Shown: positions 28,899 to 38,064 of the stretch, in pieces
Numbering within the stretch: the stretch's first letter is position 1
Layout of the letters: the number at the start of each line of letters is the position of its first letter
NCBI GenBank assembly: GCA_047517145.1
Contig: JAKZTI010000074.1
Coordinates: forward strand, 1 to 54,901
Length of the DNA: 54,901 bases
Reading direction: 5' to 3'
DNA from: Gammaproteobacteria bacterium
GTDB taxonomy: Bacteria; Pseudomonadota; Gammaproteobacteria; Eutrophobiales; Eutrophobiaceae
Notes under the pieces: generated by a model
Database searches by the model: none
Seen by the model: the letters and a program-made list of their open reading frames with translations, nothing else
Told to the model about the DNA's origin: nothing
Translations under genes and position numbers: made by a program

Positions 28899-30614
28899 TC
28901 AAGACTGTTTTAATCTTATGGAAAGATCTACCACTCTGGAAATTTCTTCAAGACTGGAAGAACCATCAAGAACACGGTCAGTCCCGACTTCGATTAATGG
29001 TTTAAAGCCCTTGGACAAAGCAGTTCGTAGTAAATCACTTTGACTGCCCTTCTTGGCAAGTACTTCATCCATCTCATTATCAAATGTCAAAATCTCTACC
29101 AGGGCCAACCGCCCTTTATAGCCCATATTATCGCAGGCCTGACAGCCTTTCGCTTTATAGATTGACTGTTCTCTATCAGTGGCTTTCAACCCGAGTAAGT
29201 TTCTTTCCAGACTTCCCAAGACATAGGATTCGCGGCATTTCTCACATAATTTTCTCGCCAGACGTTGGGCAACAATGCCTATCAAATTGCCAGCAAGAAT
29301 TTCCGCTTTTACACCAATATCTAATAGTCTTGGAATGGCGCCTATTGCAGAATTTGTATGCAGCGTTGAAAAAACCTGATAACCAGTCATTGCCGCACGT
29401 AATGCCATACTTGCCGTATCTTCATCACGTATTTCACCCACCAGAGTAATATCCGGATCCTGACGCATCAGAGATCGAATCCCGCTGGCAAAATCAAGTC
29501 TGGCTGTTTCGCTGATTGATGTTTGGCGTATCAGGTTGGTTGGATATTCCACCGGGTCTTCAAGCGTCATAATGTTTACTGACTCGGTATTAAGATAATT
29601 CAATATCGAATAGAGTGTTGTTGTCTTACCACTACCGGTAGGGCCAGTCACCAGGATGATCCCTTCAGGTCTTGCTACCATTAATCTTAAAGCCTCCATG
29701 GCATCTTCTCGTAGCCCCAGCTCATCCAGACCAACAATCCCCTTCTGCCTGTCAAGGATACGTAATACGATATTTTCACCATGAACTGTTGGTAACGTCG
29801 ATACGCGAAAATCAACCTGCCGTCCTGAAAAAGTCAGGGAAATGCGACCATCTTGCGGAGCACGAACTTCTGCGATATCCATACCAGCCATAACCTTCAC
29901 TCGAACAGCAATTGCTGACCAATAGCTCTTGTGTAAACTGCGGATTTGTCTCAGCACGCCATCAATGCGATAGCGAAACCTGAGAAACCCTTCCTCTGGT
30001 TCAAAATGTAAATCTGAAGCACCACGTTTTACTGCATCCGTTAATAAAGCATTCACCAGACGTACCACAGGCTGACTATATTCATCACTAGCTGTGTCCA
30101 TACTTTGATAATCAATTTCGCCTGTCTCGATTTCATTTAAAATGCCATCAACAGATAGTTCGAATCCGTAAAACACGTCAATGGCTTTTTCTATTTCAGC
30201 TTCGCCGGCAAGTAATGGCATAATTTCAATATCTTGCCCAACATGAACGCTTATTTTATCTGTTAAAACAACGTTAAACGGATCTGTCATTGCAATGGTC
30301 AACTGATTGGTATTACGTTCAAAAGTGAGTGGCAATATGCGCAGTTGCCGTGCCATATCTTTCGAGATCAAATTGATTGCATCACTATCTGGAATAGCAC
30401 GATCGAGATCGACACTTTCCTGGCCAATCGCACCACCAATGACATCACGAATGATTGCTTCTGTTGCAAACCCAAGGCGCACCAGAATTTTCCCTATCAG
30501 ATCACCGCTACTTTTTTGCTCAGTTAGTGCAATATCTATCTGATCGGAAGTTGTAACCCCCTGTTTGACGAGGATCTCGCCTATACGAAGCGCTTTCTTA
30601 TGTGTGCCAGTCAC
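28899..30614 (-). CDS. GspE/PilB/MshE-family assembly ATPase with an N-terminal MshEN domain
   Basis: Walker A GPTGSGKTT, Asp/His boxes, a tetracysteine motif (CEKC...CQAC) and an N-terminal RIGEILVKQGVTTSDQIDIALTEQ-KSSGD-LIGKILVRLGFATEAIIRDVI. The GTG start overlaps the upstream stop by 1 nt. Confidence 0.9.
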   Translation of the reverse strand: MTGTHKKALRIGEILVKQGVTTSDQIDIALTEQKSSGDLIGKILVRLGFATEAIIRDVIGGAIGQESVDLDRAIPDSDAINLISKDMARQLRILPLTFERNTNQLTIAMTDPFNVVLTDKISVHVGQDIEIMPLLAGEAEIEKAIDVFYGFELSVDGILNEIETGEIDYQSMDTASDEYSQPVVRLVNALLTDAVKRGASDLHFEPEEGFLRFRYRIDGVLRQIRSLHKSYWSAIAVRVKVMAGMDIAEVRAPQDGRISLTFSGRQVDFRVSTLPTVHGENIVLRILDRQKGIVGLDELGLREDAMEALRLMVARPEGIILVTGPTGSGKTTTLYSILNYLNTESVNIMTLEDPVEYPTNLIRQTSISETARLDFASGIRSLMRQDPDITLVGEIRDEDTASMALRAAMTGYQVFSTLHTNSAIGAIPRLLDIGVKAEILAGNLIGIVAQRLARKLCEKCRESYVLGSLERNLLGLKATDREQSIYKAKGCQACDNMGYKGRLALVEILTFDNEMDEVLAKKGSQSDLLRTALSKGFKPLIEVGTDRVLDGSSSLEEISRVVDLSIRLKQS

Positions 30615-32365
30615 TACTGCAAATCGGCCTGATTTGACAATGTGTTGATGCGGGAAATAACCACGGCGCTGTCAAAACTTACTGCAGAATTATCTGCCAG
30701 ATCCAGTGCTACATTATAATAATCAATAGCTGATTTCTTTTGACCAACATGCTCAAGGCTGACAGCCAGATTAAAGGCATAATCAGCATTTGAAGATTCT
30801 ATTCTGTGCGCATCAAAAAATGATTGTTGCGCCTCAGGCCAGCGGGTCTGTGCAGCATAAAGACGAGCCAGGGAATAATGTAGAAAAGAATTATCAGGCT
30901 CACTCTGCAGAAAAGTCTTAAGGATACTTTCACTTCTTGAATGGTCTCGATTGTCCTTAAAGTTTATTAGTGCTGCTTCTGCAACAATATCCCCGGGATA
31001 TAATCTTAGGACTTCAAGATAATTGATATAGGCCTGGCGAACATCGCCTCTATGTAATGATACCGCTGCCAGTCCCAGTAACGCATCACGATTTTCAGGT
31101 AAATTATTTAAAACAATAAGATAATTTTTTTCAGCAGAGTCAAAATTACCTGCGAGATATCCCTCATAGGCTTTGTTTACTAACACACTGCTCTTATCAA
31201 CTGATTTACTACGACTGATTTTAATTAATTCTGGTTCAGGTGTTATTTTTTCTGGCAAGGACAAGGCAAGCTCTTCAACAAGCTCATCTCTGGTAGCATT
31301 TTCTTCAAAAGAAATATCGTCTGACGGATACCAGATTTTTTCCTCGGCCTCATCTGCTGCACTAACAGAAGCCTCTGTTATCACCTCTTGCACAGGTTCA
31401 TTGATAGCAACACTTTCATCTGCAGGTGTTTCCTGGCCTTCAACAACGGTGACATTCTCTTTCTCAATGACATCGGTAATCTCACCTGTAAACAACCTGC
31501 TATCAACCTCTGCAGCAAATACTAAATCTTCTGGTATCTCAATTGCTGGCACTGGCTCGGATTGTGTTTCAATATCCCTGGCAACTAATGGGGATTTAAT
31601 CGATCGTTCAACTGGAACAGTGTAGTTAAACACAAAGAAAGACAAGGAAACTGCAATAACAAGACACAGAATGGCAAAGACACCCCATTGAAAGATCTGG
31701 TTGCTAGTGCTTCTGGAAGTTGCCGTAAACACCGTCTGTGCAGCAACCGGAGTCGGGCTATCAGCACCTATGTCCTCTGCTAATTGCGCAACAGAAACTG
31801 TTGAACTGAAATATTCATCTGCAGCATCTGATATAGTCTCAGAATAAATTGGCTGCTCTGCCTGAACCGTATCCTCTGCATCGCCCGTTGAGGTTTCAAC
31901 AGTTTCATCCTGCACTGATGTGCCTTCAGAGACAGTAATTTCACCGATTTCCAGTTCCAGTTCTGGCTTATCGGCCATTGCAAGCTGCTCTTTTTCCTCA
32001 ACAGATGATGAATCTGTTGTTGACGTCTCGGCGTGTGACAGATCCTGTCTTGATGGATCATCACTTTCCTTGCTTTCAGCAATTGGCTGCTGGTCTGTAT
32101 TGGGCGAAAGTGATAAATCTTCCAGCTGGCTGGTAATATCCAGCTCATCCTGATTTTCGACAGGCGGTACCAGCTCTTCATCGTTCTGATCAAGATCAAT
32201 TGAATGATCTTCCATGCTCAATTCTTGTATAGCCACATCGTCAGCCTGACTATCTTGCTGAGACAATTTATCCTGGGGCAAGTTGTCTTGCGCTTCTTTT
32301 AGACGTTTTGCCGCCGCTTTTTTATCCTGTTCCGCCTTTTTCAAGGCGTCCATCAACAGGCTCAT
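30614..32365 (-). CDS. TPR-repeat protein (MshN-like) with a long acidic N-terminal region and one TM
   Basis: Residues 25-205 are D/E/S/T-rich. The TM is IFQWGVFAILCLVIAVSLSFFVF. The C-terminal ~200 aa carry several TPR-like repeats (AYEGYLAGNFDSAEKNY..., ALLGLAAVSLHRGD...). Confidence 0.6.
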   Translation of the reverse strand: MSLLMDALKKAEQDKKAAAKRLKEAQDNLPQDKLSQQDSQADDVAIQELSMEDHSIDLDQNDEELVPPVENQDELDITSQLEDLSLSPNTDQQPIAESKESDDPSRQDLSHAETSTTDSSSVEEKEQLAMADKPELELEIGEITVSEGTSVQDETVETSTGDAEDTVQAEQPIYSETISDAADEYFSSTVSVAQLAEDIGADSPTPVAAQTVFTATSRSTSNQIFQWGVFAILCLVIAVSLSFFVFNYTVPVERSIKSPLVARDIETQSEPVPAIEIPEDLVFAAEVDSRLFTGEITDVIEKENVTVVEGQETPADESVAINEPVQEVITEASVSAADEAEEKIWYPSDDISFEENATRDELVEELALSLPEKITPEPELIKISRSKSVDKSSVLVNKAYEGYLAGNFDSAEKNYLIVLNNLPENRDALLGLAAVSLHRGDVRQAYINYLEVLRLYPGDIVAEAALINFKDNRDHSRSESILKTFLQSEPDNSFLHYSLARLYAAQTRWPEAQQSFFDAHRIESSNADYAFNLAVSLEHVGQKKSAIDYYNVALDLADNSAVSFDSAVVISRINTLSNQADLQ

Positions 32366-33982
32366 TTACCTTGCCCCCGATCCTTCTAGTGGCAATGTTC
32401 CTTGAGGTGGCAATAATGATTCTCGGGAAGGATTGAGGTACTGTCGATAATCACTCAGGTCACCAGCCAGACTGGGGTCCTGAATAATGGTCGGCTGTAT
32501 AAAGATGACCAGCTCCGTTTTTTCGTAGTCCTTGGTTGTCGTTTTGAAAGCAGCACCTGCCCCCGGCACAGCAGAAACACCTGGCAACCCATCGACGCTA
32601 TCCGCAGAGACATCCTGCATCAAGCCGCCTAACACACCAATCTGTCCATCGCTCAGTCTCAACATGGATTCAATTTCTCTAACTTCAATCTGTGGTACCG
32701 GATTCGTTTGGCCCGCCGGGATAGAAGGATTAGGGTCATTAACAAACTCAGTGACTCGCGAGATAGTCGGTCTGACATTCAGGGAAATTGTTCCATTCGC
32801 GGAAATCTGAGGGGTCACCGACATGACGATGCCAACTGGTACAGTTGCTGCAGTGGTATCTACTGTCGTCACTGAACCTCCTAATGCGCCAATCGTAGTA
32901 TCTGCTTCAATCTCAAAATAGACAATATTTTCGACAACCTTGAGAGTCGCTGTCTGGTTATTCAATACCATGATCTGTGGGCTGGACATGATCCTCACAT
33001 TACCAAATTCATCCAGCAGACTGACCGTCGCCTCAAACTTATTGTCCCTGTTGGTATTGGGATCCTGATACTCAATAATGAAATCGCTAAGGGTCCCGAC
33101 GGGCACCCCTGTAAGGGTCGTCGAGATAATATTGATACCTGCCTTGGTTACCGATTGTAAGATTGACCAGTCAATCCCCGCCTGATATTTATCACTTAAT
33201 TGCACCTCGGCGATGGTCACCCGAATCAGCGCCTGCCGTAGAACACTTTTTTGGGTCTGGTCGATGAATTCCTGTATCTGCTGATGTTGCGCTGCCGTTG
33301 CCCGCACGGTGACGATGCCTGCTTCCGGATTGGGAATGACTGTATACTCACCACCTGCTTCCTCTCCTAGGATCGCGGAGATATTCAACATCAGTGTTTC
33401 CCAGAAATGGTGATTCGAGATACTAGTAACGTCTGTGGTGGAATTATTGCCTCCCCCACCGGAGTCTTCCCCTCCCCCACTGGTAGAGGAAATCTGGGTA
33501 GCTACCGTATTAGTACTAACGGTGTCACGCGACATATTGACGTAATCGATTGTGTAGGTCCTCAGATAAGGCACATCCGGCTGGATAAACAGATTTTCCC
33601 CGTTAAATTCATACCTTAAATTTACCTGCCGCGCGATACGATCAAGGATCTGGGGAAAGGTCTGATCAATGGCATTAATCGTCACCACACCTTCAATCGT
33701 AGGATCAATATCAACATTAACCTGGGCATCCCGAGCCAGTGCAAACAACAGTTCTTTAACGGGCACTTCATTGACAACAACAGTATATTTTTCGAGTTCG
33801 ACTGCGGGTGCGGGTGCCAGCAATACGGGTACCTGCGTCACCAGTTCAGGGATATCACCTGCAGCTTGAGTCTCTTCACTGATGTGCCCGGGTGAGGGAA
33901 CAAATGGCTTAGGTTCGATTTCTGAACAAGCGGTTAGAAATAATATCTGAGCTAAGCTGCTGATTAATATGAGTTTCTTCAT
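32366..33982 (-). CDS. Outer-membrane secretin, lipoprotein type (MshL-like)
   Basis: Lipobox LFLTAC|SE, a Gly/Ser-rich linker and a secretin C-domain (SSPQIMVLNNQTATLKV...GIVMSVTPQIS...VPG.GAAFK...ELVIFIQPTI). Confidence 0.9.
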   Translation of the reverse strand: MKKLILISSLAQILFLTACSEIEPKPFVPSPGHISEETQAAGDIPELVTQVPVLLAPAPAVELEKYTVVVNEVPVKELLFALARDAQVNVDIDPTIEGVVTINAIDQTFPQILDRIARQVNLRYEFNGENLFIQPDVPYLRTYTIDYVNMSRDTVSTNTVATQISSTSGGGEDSGGGGNNSTTDVTSISNHHFWETLMLNISAILGEEAGGEYTVIPNPEAGIVTVRATAAQHQQIQEFIDQTQKSVLRQALIRVTIAEVQLSDKYQAGIDWSILQSVTKAGINIISTTLTGVPVGTLSDFIIEYQDPNTNRDNKFEATVSLLDEFGNVRIMSSPQIMVLNNQTATLKVVENIVYFEIEADTTIGALGGSVTTVDTTAATVPVGIVMSVTPQISANGTISLNVRPTISRVTEFVNDPNPSIPAGQTNPVPQIEVREIESMLRLSDGQIGVLGGLMQDVSADSVDGLPGVSAVPGAGAAFKTTTKDYEKTELVIFIQPTIIQDPSLAGDLSDYRQYLNPSRESLLPPQGTLPLEGSGAR

Positions 33983-34116
33983 AATATATTGTCCACGATC
34001 ACAGTAAAGGGTTAAACTCCTTCATAGTATAAACTAAAAAATCATAATATTGCTATAAGCACTTAATATTTCATGGTTTTTACAGAATCATTCTGGAACC
34101 AGACTTCTTCGTAAAC

Positions 34117-35583
34117 CTATAAAATAGGCCTGTATATAATGGATGAACATTTTTCGCATATCACCCCGGAACTTCCCCCTGATTTAAATTCAGGTGGAAT
34201 CTCCAGCAACTGTTGCTTAAAACGCTCAAACTCGGATTCACTCATGCCAATGGCGATTGGTTCAGGCAACACCAATGATACATCTTCCTTTTCTGATATA
34301 TAGGAGGTTTCTTTTAATTTATCATCCTCAAACAAGGCATCCAGGTCAGAAGGAGATGTAATCTTTTTATCTTTAATCAATGCACCCAGGTCCGTCAATC
34401 TACTATCTTCATTGCTCGTAACATTCTCTTGTCCGGATACCAGTTGCTCAGGCTCCACTATTTCCGAGAACACAAATACTTCATCATGCTGAGGTAAATA
34501 TTTTGTTTCGACTTGCTCTTCCTCAGCACTACTTTCTATCACTTCAAGGTCATCAGTCTGCTCCAGTCCAGAGACCTCGGCCAGGGTCTGATCTTCAGTA
34601 GAGACAGATGCCTCTGTAACCTGGGCATTTGTTGTCTTTGCATGGGTATCTAATGACTTTTGTATTGTCTGTATTCCCTGATTGATTTTTGCAGGAAATA
34701 AGAACCCCGCCGTCAGTACAAGAAATATCAAGACGACCATGGAGACCATAACCGGTGTCAGAGATGTTCTGCGTTTGTGAAATTCGCTATCGCGCGCAGC
34801 AGCCTTTACATGGCTTGATATTACCTTGTGCGTATTCCCGGCATAGGCAGCAATCAAAGCCTTGTCCGCCAGGATATTGATGCGCCTTATCAGACCTTTT
34901 GAATGCTTTGAAATGGCACGAACTGCGGAGGGTGAGAAAACATCCTCCGAACGATAACCGCAAATCCGCATCCGGGAATTCAGATAATCCCTGACCTCAT
35001 CTATCTTGAAAGGTGCTAATAGAAAACTATAGGTAATTCGTTCCTTTAACTGCCTGATCTCGCGTGTCGCAATCTTCTCGTCAAGTTCGGGCTGGCCAAA
35101 CAGCACAATCTGTAACAATTTATTTTGCGTGGTCTCCAGATTGCTGAGCAATCGAATTTCCTCAAGCGTAGCAATGGGCATCCCCTGAGCCTCTTCGACA
35201 AACACAACAATCTGTCGATTATCTGCATGCCTGTCGAGCAAATAATTTTGCAACTCGTTCATCACCTTCAGGCGATTGTCCGTTTCGGTGACATTCAGCT
35301 TCAACTCAAAGGCGATCGCGTGCAGTATGTTCTCAGGAGATAAACTGGGATTGGCGAGATAGACAACCTCAACATTTTCGGGCAACTCAACTTCTAGCAT
35401 CCTGCACAGCATGGTTTTTCCACTACCAACTTCTCCCACGACTTTGACGATACCTTCACCTTCTGTGATGGCATAAATGAGTGCCTCAAGTACAGCACCA
35501 CGATTTCCACCCGGGAAGAACAGACTGGTGTCTGGCGTAATTTTAAAAGGCGGTTGTTTTAGCCCAAAGTATTCGTAGTACAT
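34117..35583 (-). CDS. ExeA/MshM-like AAA+ ATPase with a TM helix and an acidic C-terminal extension
   Basis: MYYEYFGLKQPPF..., Walker A GEVGSGKT, Walker B VVFVEEAQ, and a TM at residues 276-297. The 190-aa acidic tail shows no recognisable peptidoglycan-binding domain. Confidence 0.8.
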   Translation of the reverse strand: MYYEYFGLKQPPFKITPDTSLFFPGGNRGAVLEALIYAITEGEGIVKVVGEVGSGKTMLCRMLEVELPENVEVVYLANPSLSPENILHAIAFELKLNVTETDNRLKVMNELQNYLLDRHADNRQIVVFVEEAQGMPIATLEEIRLLSNLETTQNKLLQIVLFGQPELDEKIATREIRQLKERITYSFLLAPFKIDEVRDYLNSRMRICGYRSEDVFSPSAVRAISKHSKGLIRRINILADKALIAAYAGNTHKVISSHVKAAARDSEFHKRRTSLTPVMVSMVVLIFLVLTAGFLFPAKINQGIQTIQKSLDTHAKTTNAQVTEASVSTEDQTLAEVSGLEQTDDLEVIESSAEEEQVETKYLPQHDEVFVFSEIVEPEQLVSGQENVTSNEDSRLTDLGALIKDKKITSPSDLDALFEDDKLKETSYISEKEDVSLVLPEPIAIGMSESEFERFKQQLLEIPPEFKSGGSSGVICEKCSSIIYRPIL

Positions 35584-35586
35584 TAG

Positions 35587-37092
35587 TTATGTTGTCTCCA
35601 CATCAATGCCCAGGCGCTGCATCCTGCTATAAAGTGTCGTGCGATTTAATCCAAGTAATCGCGCAGCCTTGCTCAGGCTGCCGCCGCTTAGACGCATGGC
35701 ACCCAGGACATATCTCTTTTCACGTTCGTGCAGCACAGTATCCAGTTGAAAAGTGCCGCTTGATAATGCCTTTTCGATTCGCGAGAACTCATTATCCGTA
35801 TCATCACTGGGTGGAATCAGAATATTTGTTTCTAGCTCAGCCTGTAACTGGTCGGCACTGACTTTTTTCCTGGAGTACTTGGCACCCAATCGAATGACGA
35901 TATTGCGTAATTCCCTGACATTCCCGGGAAATGAGTATTCCATTAGTAACTTCTCAGCATCTGGTGTCAGGGAGAATAAATCCGCACCAGTGGAATAAAG
36001 CTCACGAAAATGATTTAGTAACAGCAAACAATCACCTTCTCTTTCGTTCAAGGGCGGTACGTGTACAGTCAGGACGCTGATCCGATGATATAAATCCTGC
36101 CGAAACTCTCCAGCACGAACAGCCTGTTTCAGGTCTTTGTTGGTCGCAGCAATAATTCTCGCTTTGGAAACCCGTGTGCTGGTCTCTCCCAGCCGATAAT
36201 ATTCACCATTCTCCAGCACTCTTAAAAGTTTTGCTTGAAGATTAAGCGGTAACTCACCAATCTCATCCAGAAACAAACTGCCCTCTCCAGCATCTTCAAA
36301 AAATCCTGTTCGAGTTGTGGTCGCGCCTGTGAAAGCACCTTTTGCATGGCCAAACAACTGTGCTTCCAGTAATTCGGCAGTGAATGCCGCGCAATTGATG
36401 ATCAGGAAAGGTGCTTCGGATCGAGCACTTTTATTATGCGTATATTGTGCAACCAGTTCTTTACCACTGCCTGATTCACCTTCAATTAAAACCGGGAAAG
36501 GCGTATCAGAAAATTGATCAATCAACTGGTGTAATGTGGTTATCGCAGGACTTTCGCCAAGTAGACTGCTATCACTTTGACTCTGTTCATCTTCAGCTAA
36601 TTCTGCTTCAAGCATCATCATCTGATGGTTCAGCCTTGCCTGTAATAATTTTACATCACAGGGTTTGGGCACAAAATCGACGGCCCCAAGTGTCAGTGCA
36701 TGCCGAATGTTGGCCTTTTCACTTTGACCGGAGAGCACAAGAATTTTTATGTTGTAATTGAAGGCCAGTAATTCATCGATTAAGGCAAAACCTTCATCTG
36801 GCAAATGTTGCACAGGAGATAGTCCCAGATCGACCAGAGCCAGAGAAGGAACCTTGTCCATTTTTTGCAAAAGTGAGTTTGCTTGCGCACGACTTTCAGC
36901 AACAGTGACCTGAAAATCTTCCTCAAGCACAAGTGCCAGAGGTTCGGCGATCAGTGGATCATCATCAACAAGGAGTAACGCAGGTTTGTCCTTTTTGACC
37001 CGATCTACCCTTTTATCTTGATCTAGGTGAGCAATGTTTGTTTTCGCCAAGACGTCTCCCTCTGCGGGATTCGAGAAAGGTTGAACATACAT
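35587..37092 (-). CDS. Sigma54-dependent response regulator (NtrC/PilR class)
   Basis: REC domain (LLLVDDDP...LVDLGL), AAA+ domain with GESGSGKE and the sigma54-contact loop GAFTGA, and a C-terminal Fis-type HTH (LSKAARLLGLNRTTLYSRMQRLGI). ATG at 37092 with an AAGGGG RBS is preferred over TTG at 37131. Confidence 0.9.
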   Translation of the reverse strand: MYVQPFSNPAEGDVLAKTNIAHLDQDKRVDRVKKDKPALLLVDDDPLIAEPLALVLEEDFQVTVAESRAQANSLLQKMDKVPSLALVDLGLSPVQHLPDEGFALIDELLAFNYNIKILVLSGQSEKANIRHALTLGAVDFVPKPCDVKLLQARLNHQMMMLEAELAEDEQSQSDSSLLGESPAITTLHQLIDQFSDTPFPVLIEGESGSGKELVAQYTHNKSARSEAPFLIINCAAFTAELLEAQLFGHAKGAFTGATTTRTGFFEDAGEGSLFLDEIGELPLNLQAKLLRVLENGEYYRLGETSTRVSKARIIAATNKDLKQAVRAGEFRQDLYHRISVLTVHVPPLNEREGDCLLLLNHFRELYSTGADLFSLTPDAEKLLMEYSFPGNVRELRNIVIRLGAKYSRKKVSADQLQAELETNILIPPSDDTDNEFSRIEKALSSGTFQLDTVLHEREKRYVLGAMRLSGGSLSKAARLLGLNRTTLYSRMQRLGIDVETT

Positions 37093-37161
37093 GCTTGACC
37101 CCTTTTGAGCAAGCCTGTACGCCCAGAACAAGCACGTTTTTATCTTTCTCTTTCGGTCTGA

Positions 37162-38025
37162 TTACGATCTACAATCACCCAGGTTCAGATTGTTCCAGAT
37201 TGTCTCCACTGCAGTAGATTGATTCATAGTATAGAAATGAATCCCTGGGGCACCTTTCGATAGCAAGTGATCACACAGCTCTGTAGTCACGTCGATTCCA
37301 AATTCGCGAATAGCTTTCCTGTCATCGCCAAACTCCTGCAGCCGCTTCAATATCCAGCGCGGAATTTCGGCGCCACAAGCATCAGAAAACCTACATAACT
37401 GCGTGCATGTCACAATTGGCATGACACCTGGCACTATCGGAATATCAATCCCTAATTTCTCACAACTGTCGATATACCTATAATAGGCATCCGGATTATA
37501 AAAATATTGGGTGATTGCGGCATTCGCCCCTGCATCAATCTTACGTTTGAAATTCTCAATATCTTTTTGTGCGCTTAGAGCCTGAGGATGAAATTCGGGA
37601 TAAGCCGCAACTTCAATATGAAAATGATCGCCGGTCTCCCTGCGGATTAATTCTACCAACTCACTCGCATAGCGCAGAGATCCCGTACCGATCGAGCCAG
37701 AAGGTAAGTCTCCGCGCAAGGCCACGACTTTTTTGATCCCCTCGTCCATATAAGTATTAAGGACGTCTTGAATCTCTTCCATAGTACTACCAATGCAGGA
37801 AATATGCGGCACACCATCGATACCTGTTTTGTGATAGATATCCATGACCGTCTCAAAGGTACGCTCGCGCGTACTGCCCCCTGCACCAAAAGTCACTGAA
37901 AAGAAATCAGGTTTAAGCTCAGCCAAACGTTCCTGGGTCGTCTGCAGCTTCCCCACCGCTTCAGGCGTCTTCGGTGGAAAAAATTCAAAACTGAATTTCT
38001 TCGTGAAATTTTTTTGTGATTCCAT
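37162..38025 (-). CDS. metF: 5,10-methylenetetrahydrofolate reductase
   Basis: FSFEFFPPKT...FFSVTFGAGGSTRE is typical MetF. It lies downstream of ahcY. Confidence 0.9.
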   Translation of the reverse strand: MESQKNFTKKFSFEFFPPKTPEAVGKLQTTQERLAELKPDFFSVTFGAGGSTRERTFETVMDIYHKTGIDGVPHISCIGSTMEEIQDVLNTYMDEGIKKVVALRGDLPSGSIGTGSLRYASELVELIRRETGDHFHIEVAAYPEFHPQALSAQKDIENFKRKIDAGANAAITQYFYNPDAYYRYIDSCEKLGIDIPIVPGVMPIVTCTQLCRFSDACGAEIPRWILKRLQEFGDDRKAIREFGIDVTTELCDHLLSKGAPGIHFYTMNQSTAVETIWNNLNLGDCRS

Positions 38026-38064
38026 AATTAATATATCAACCTTTATCTAAAAATTAGATAATTT

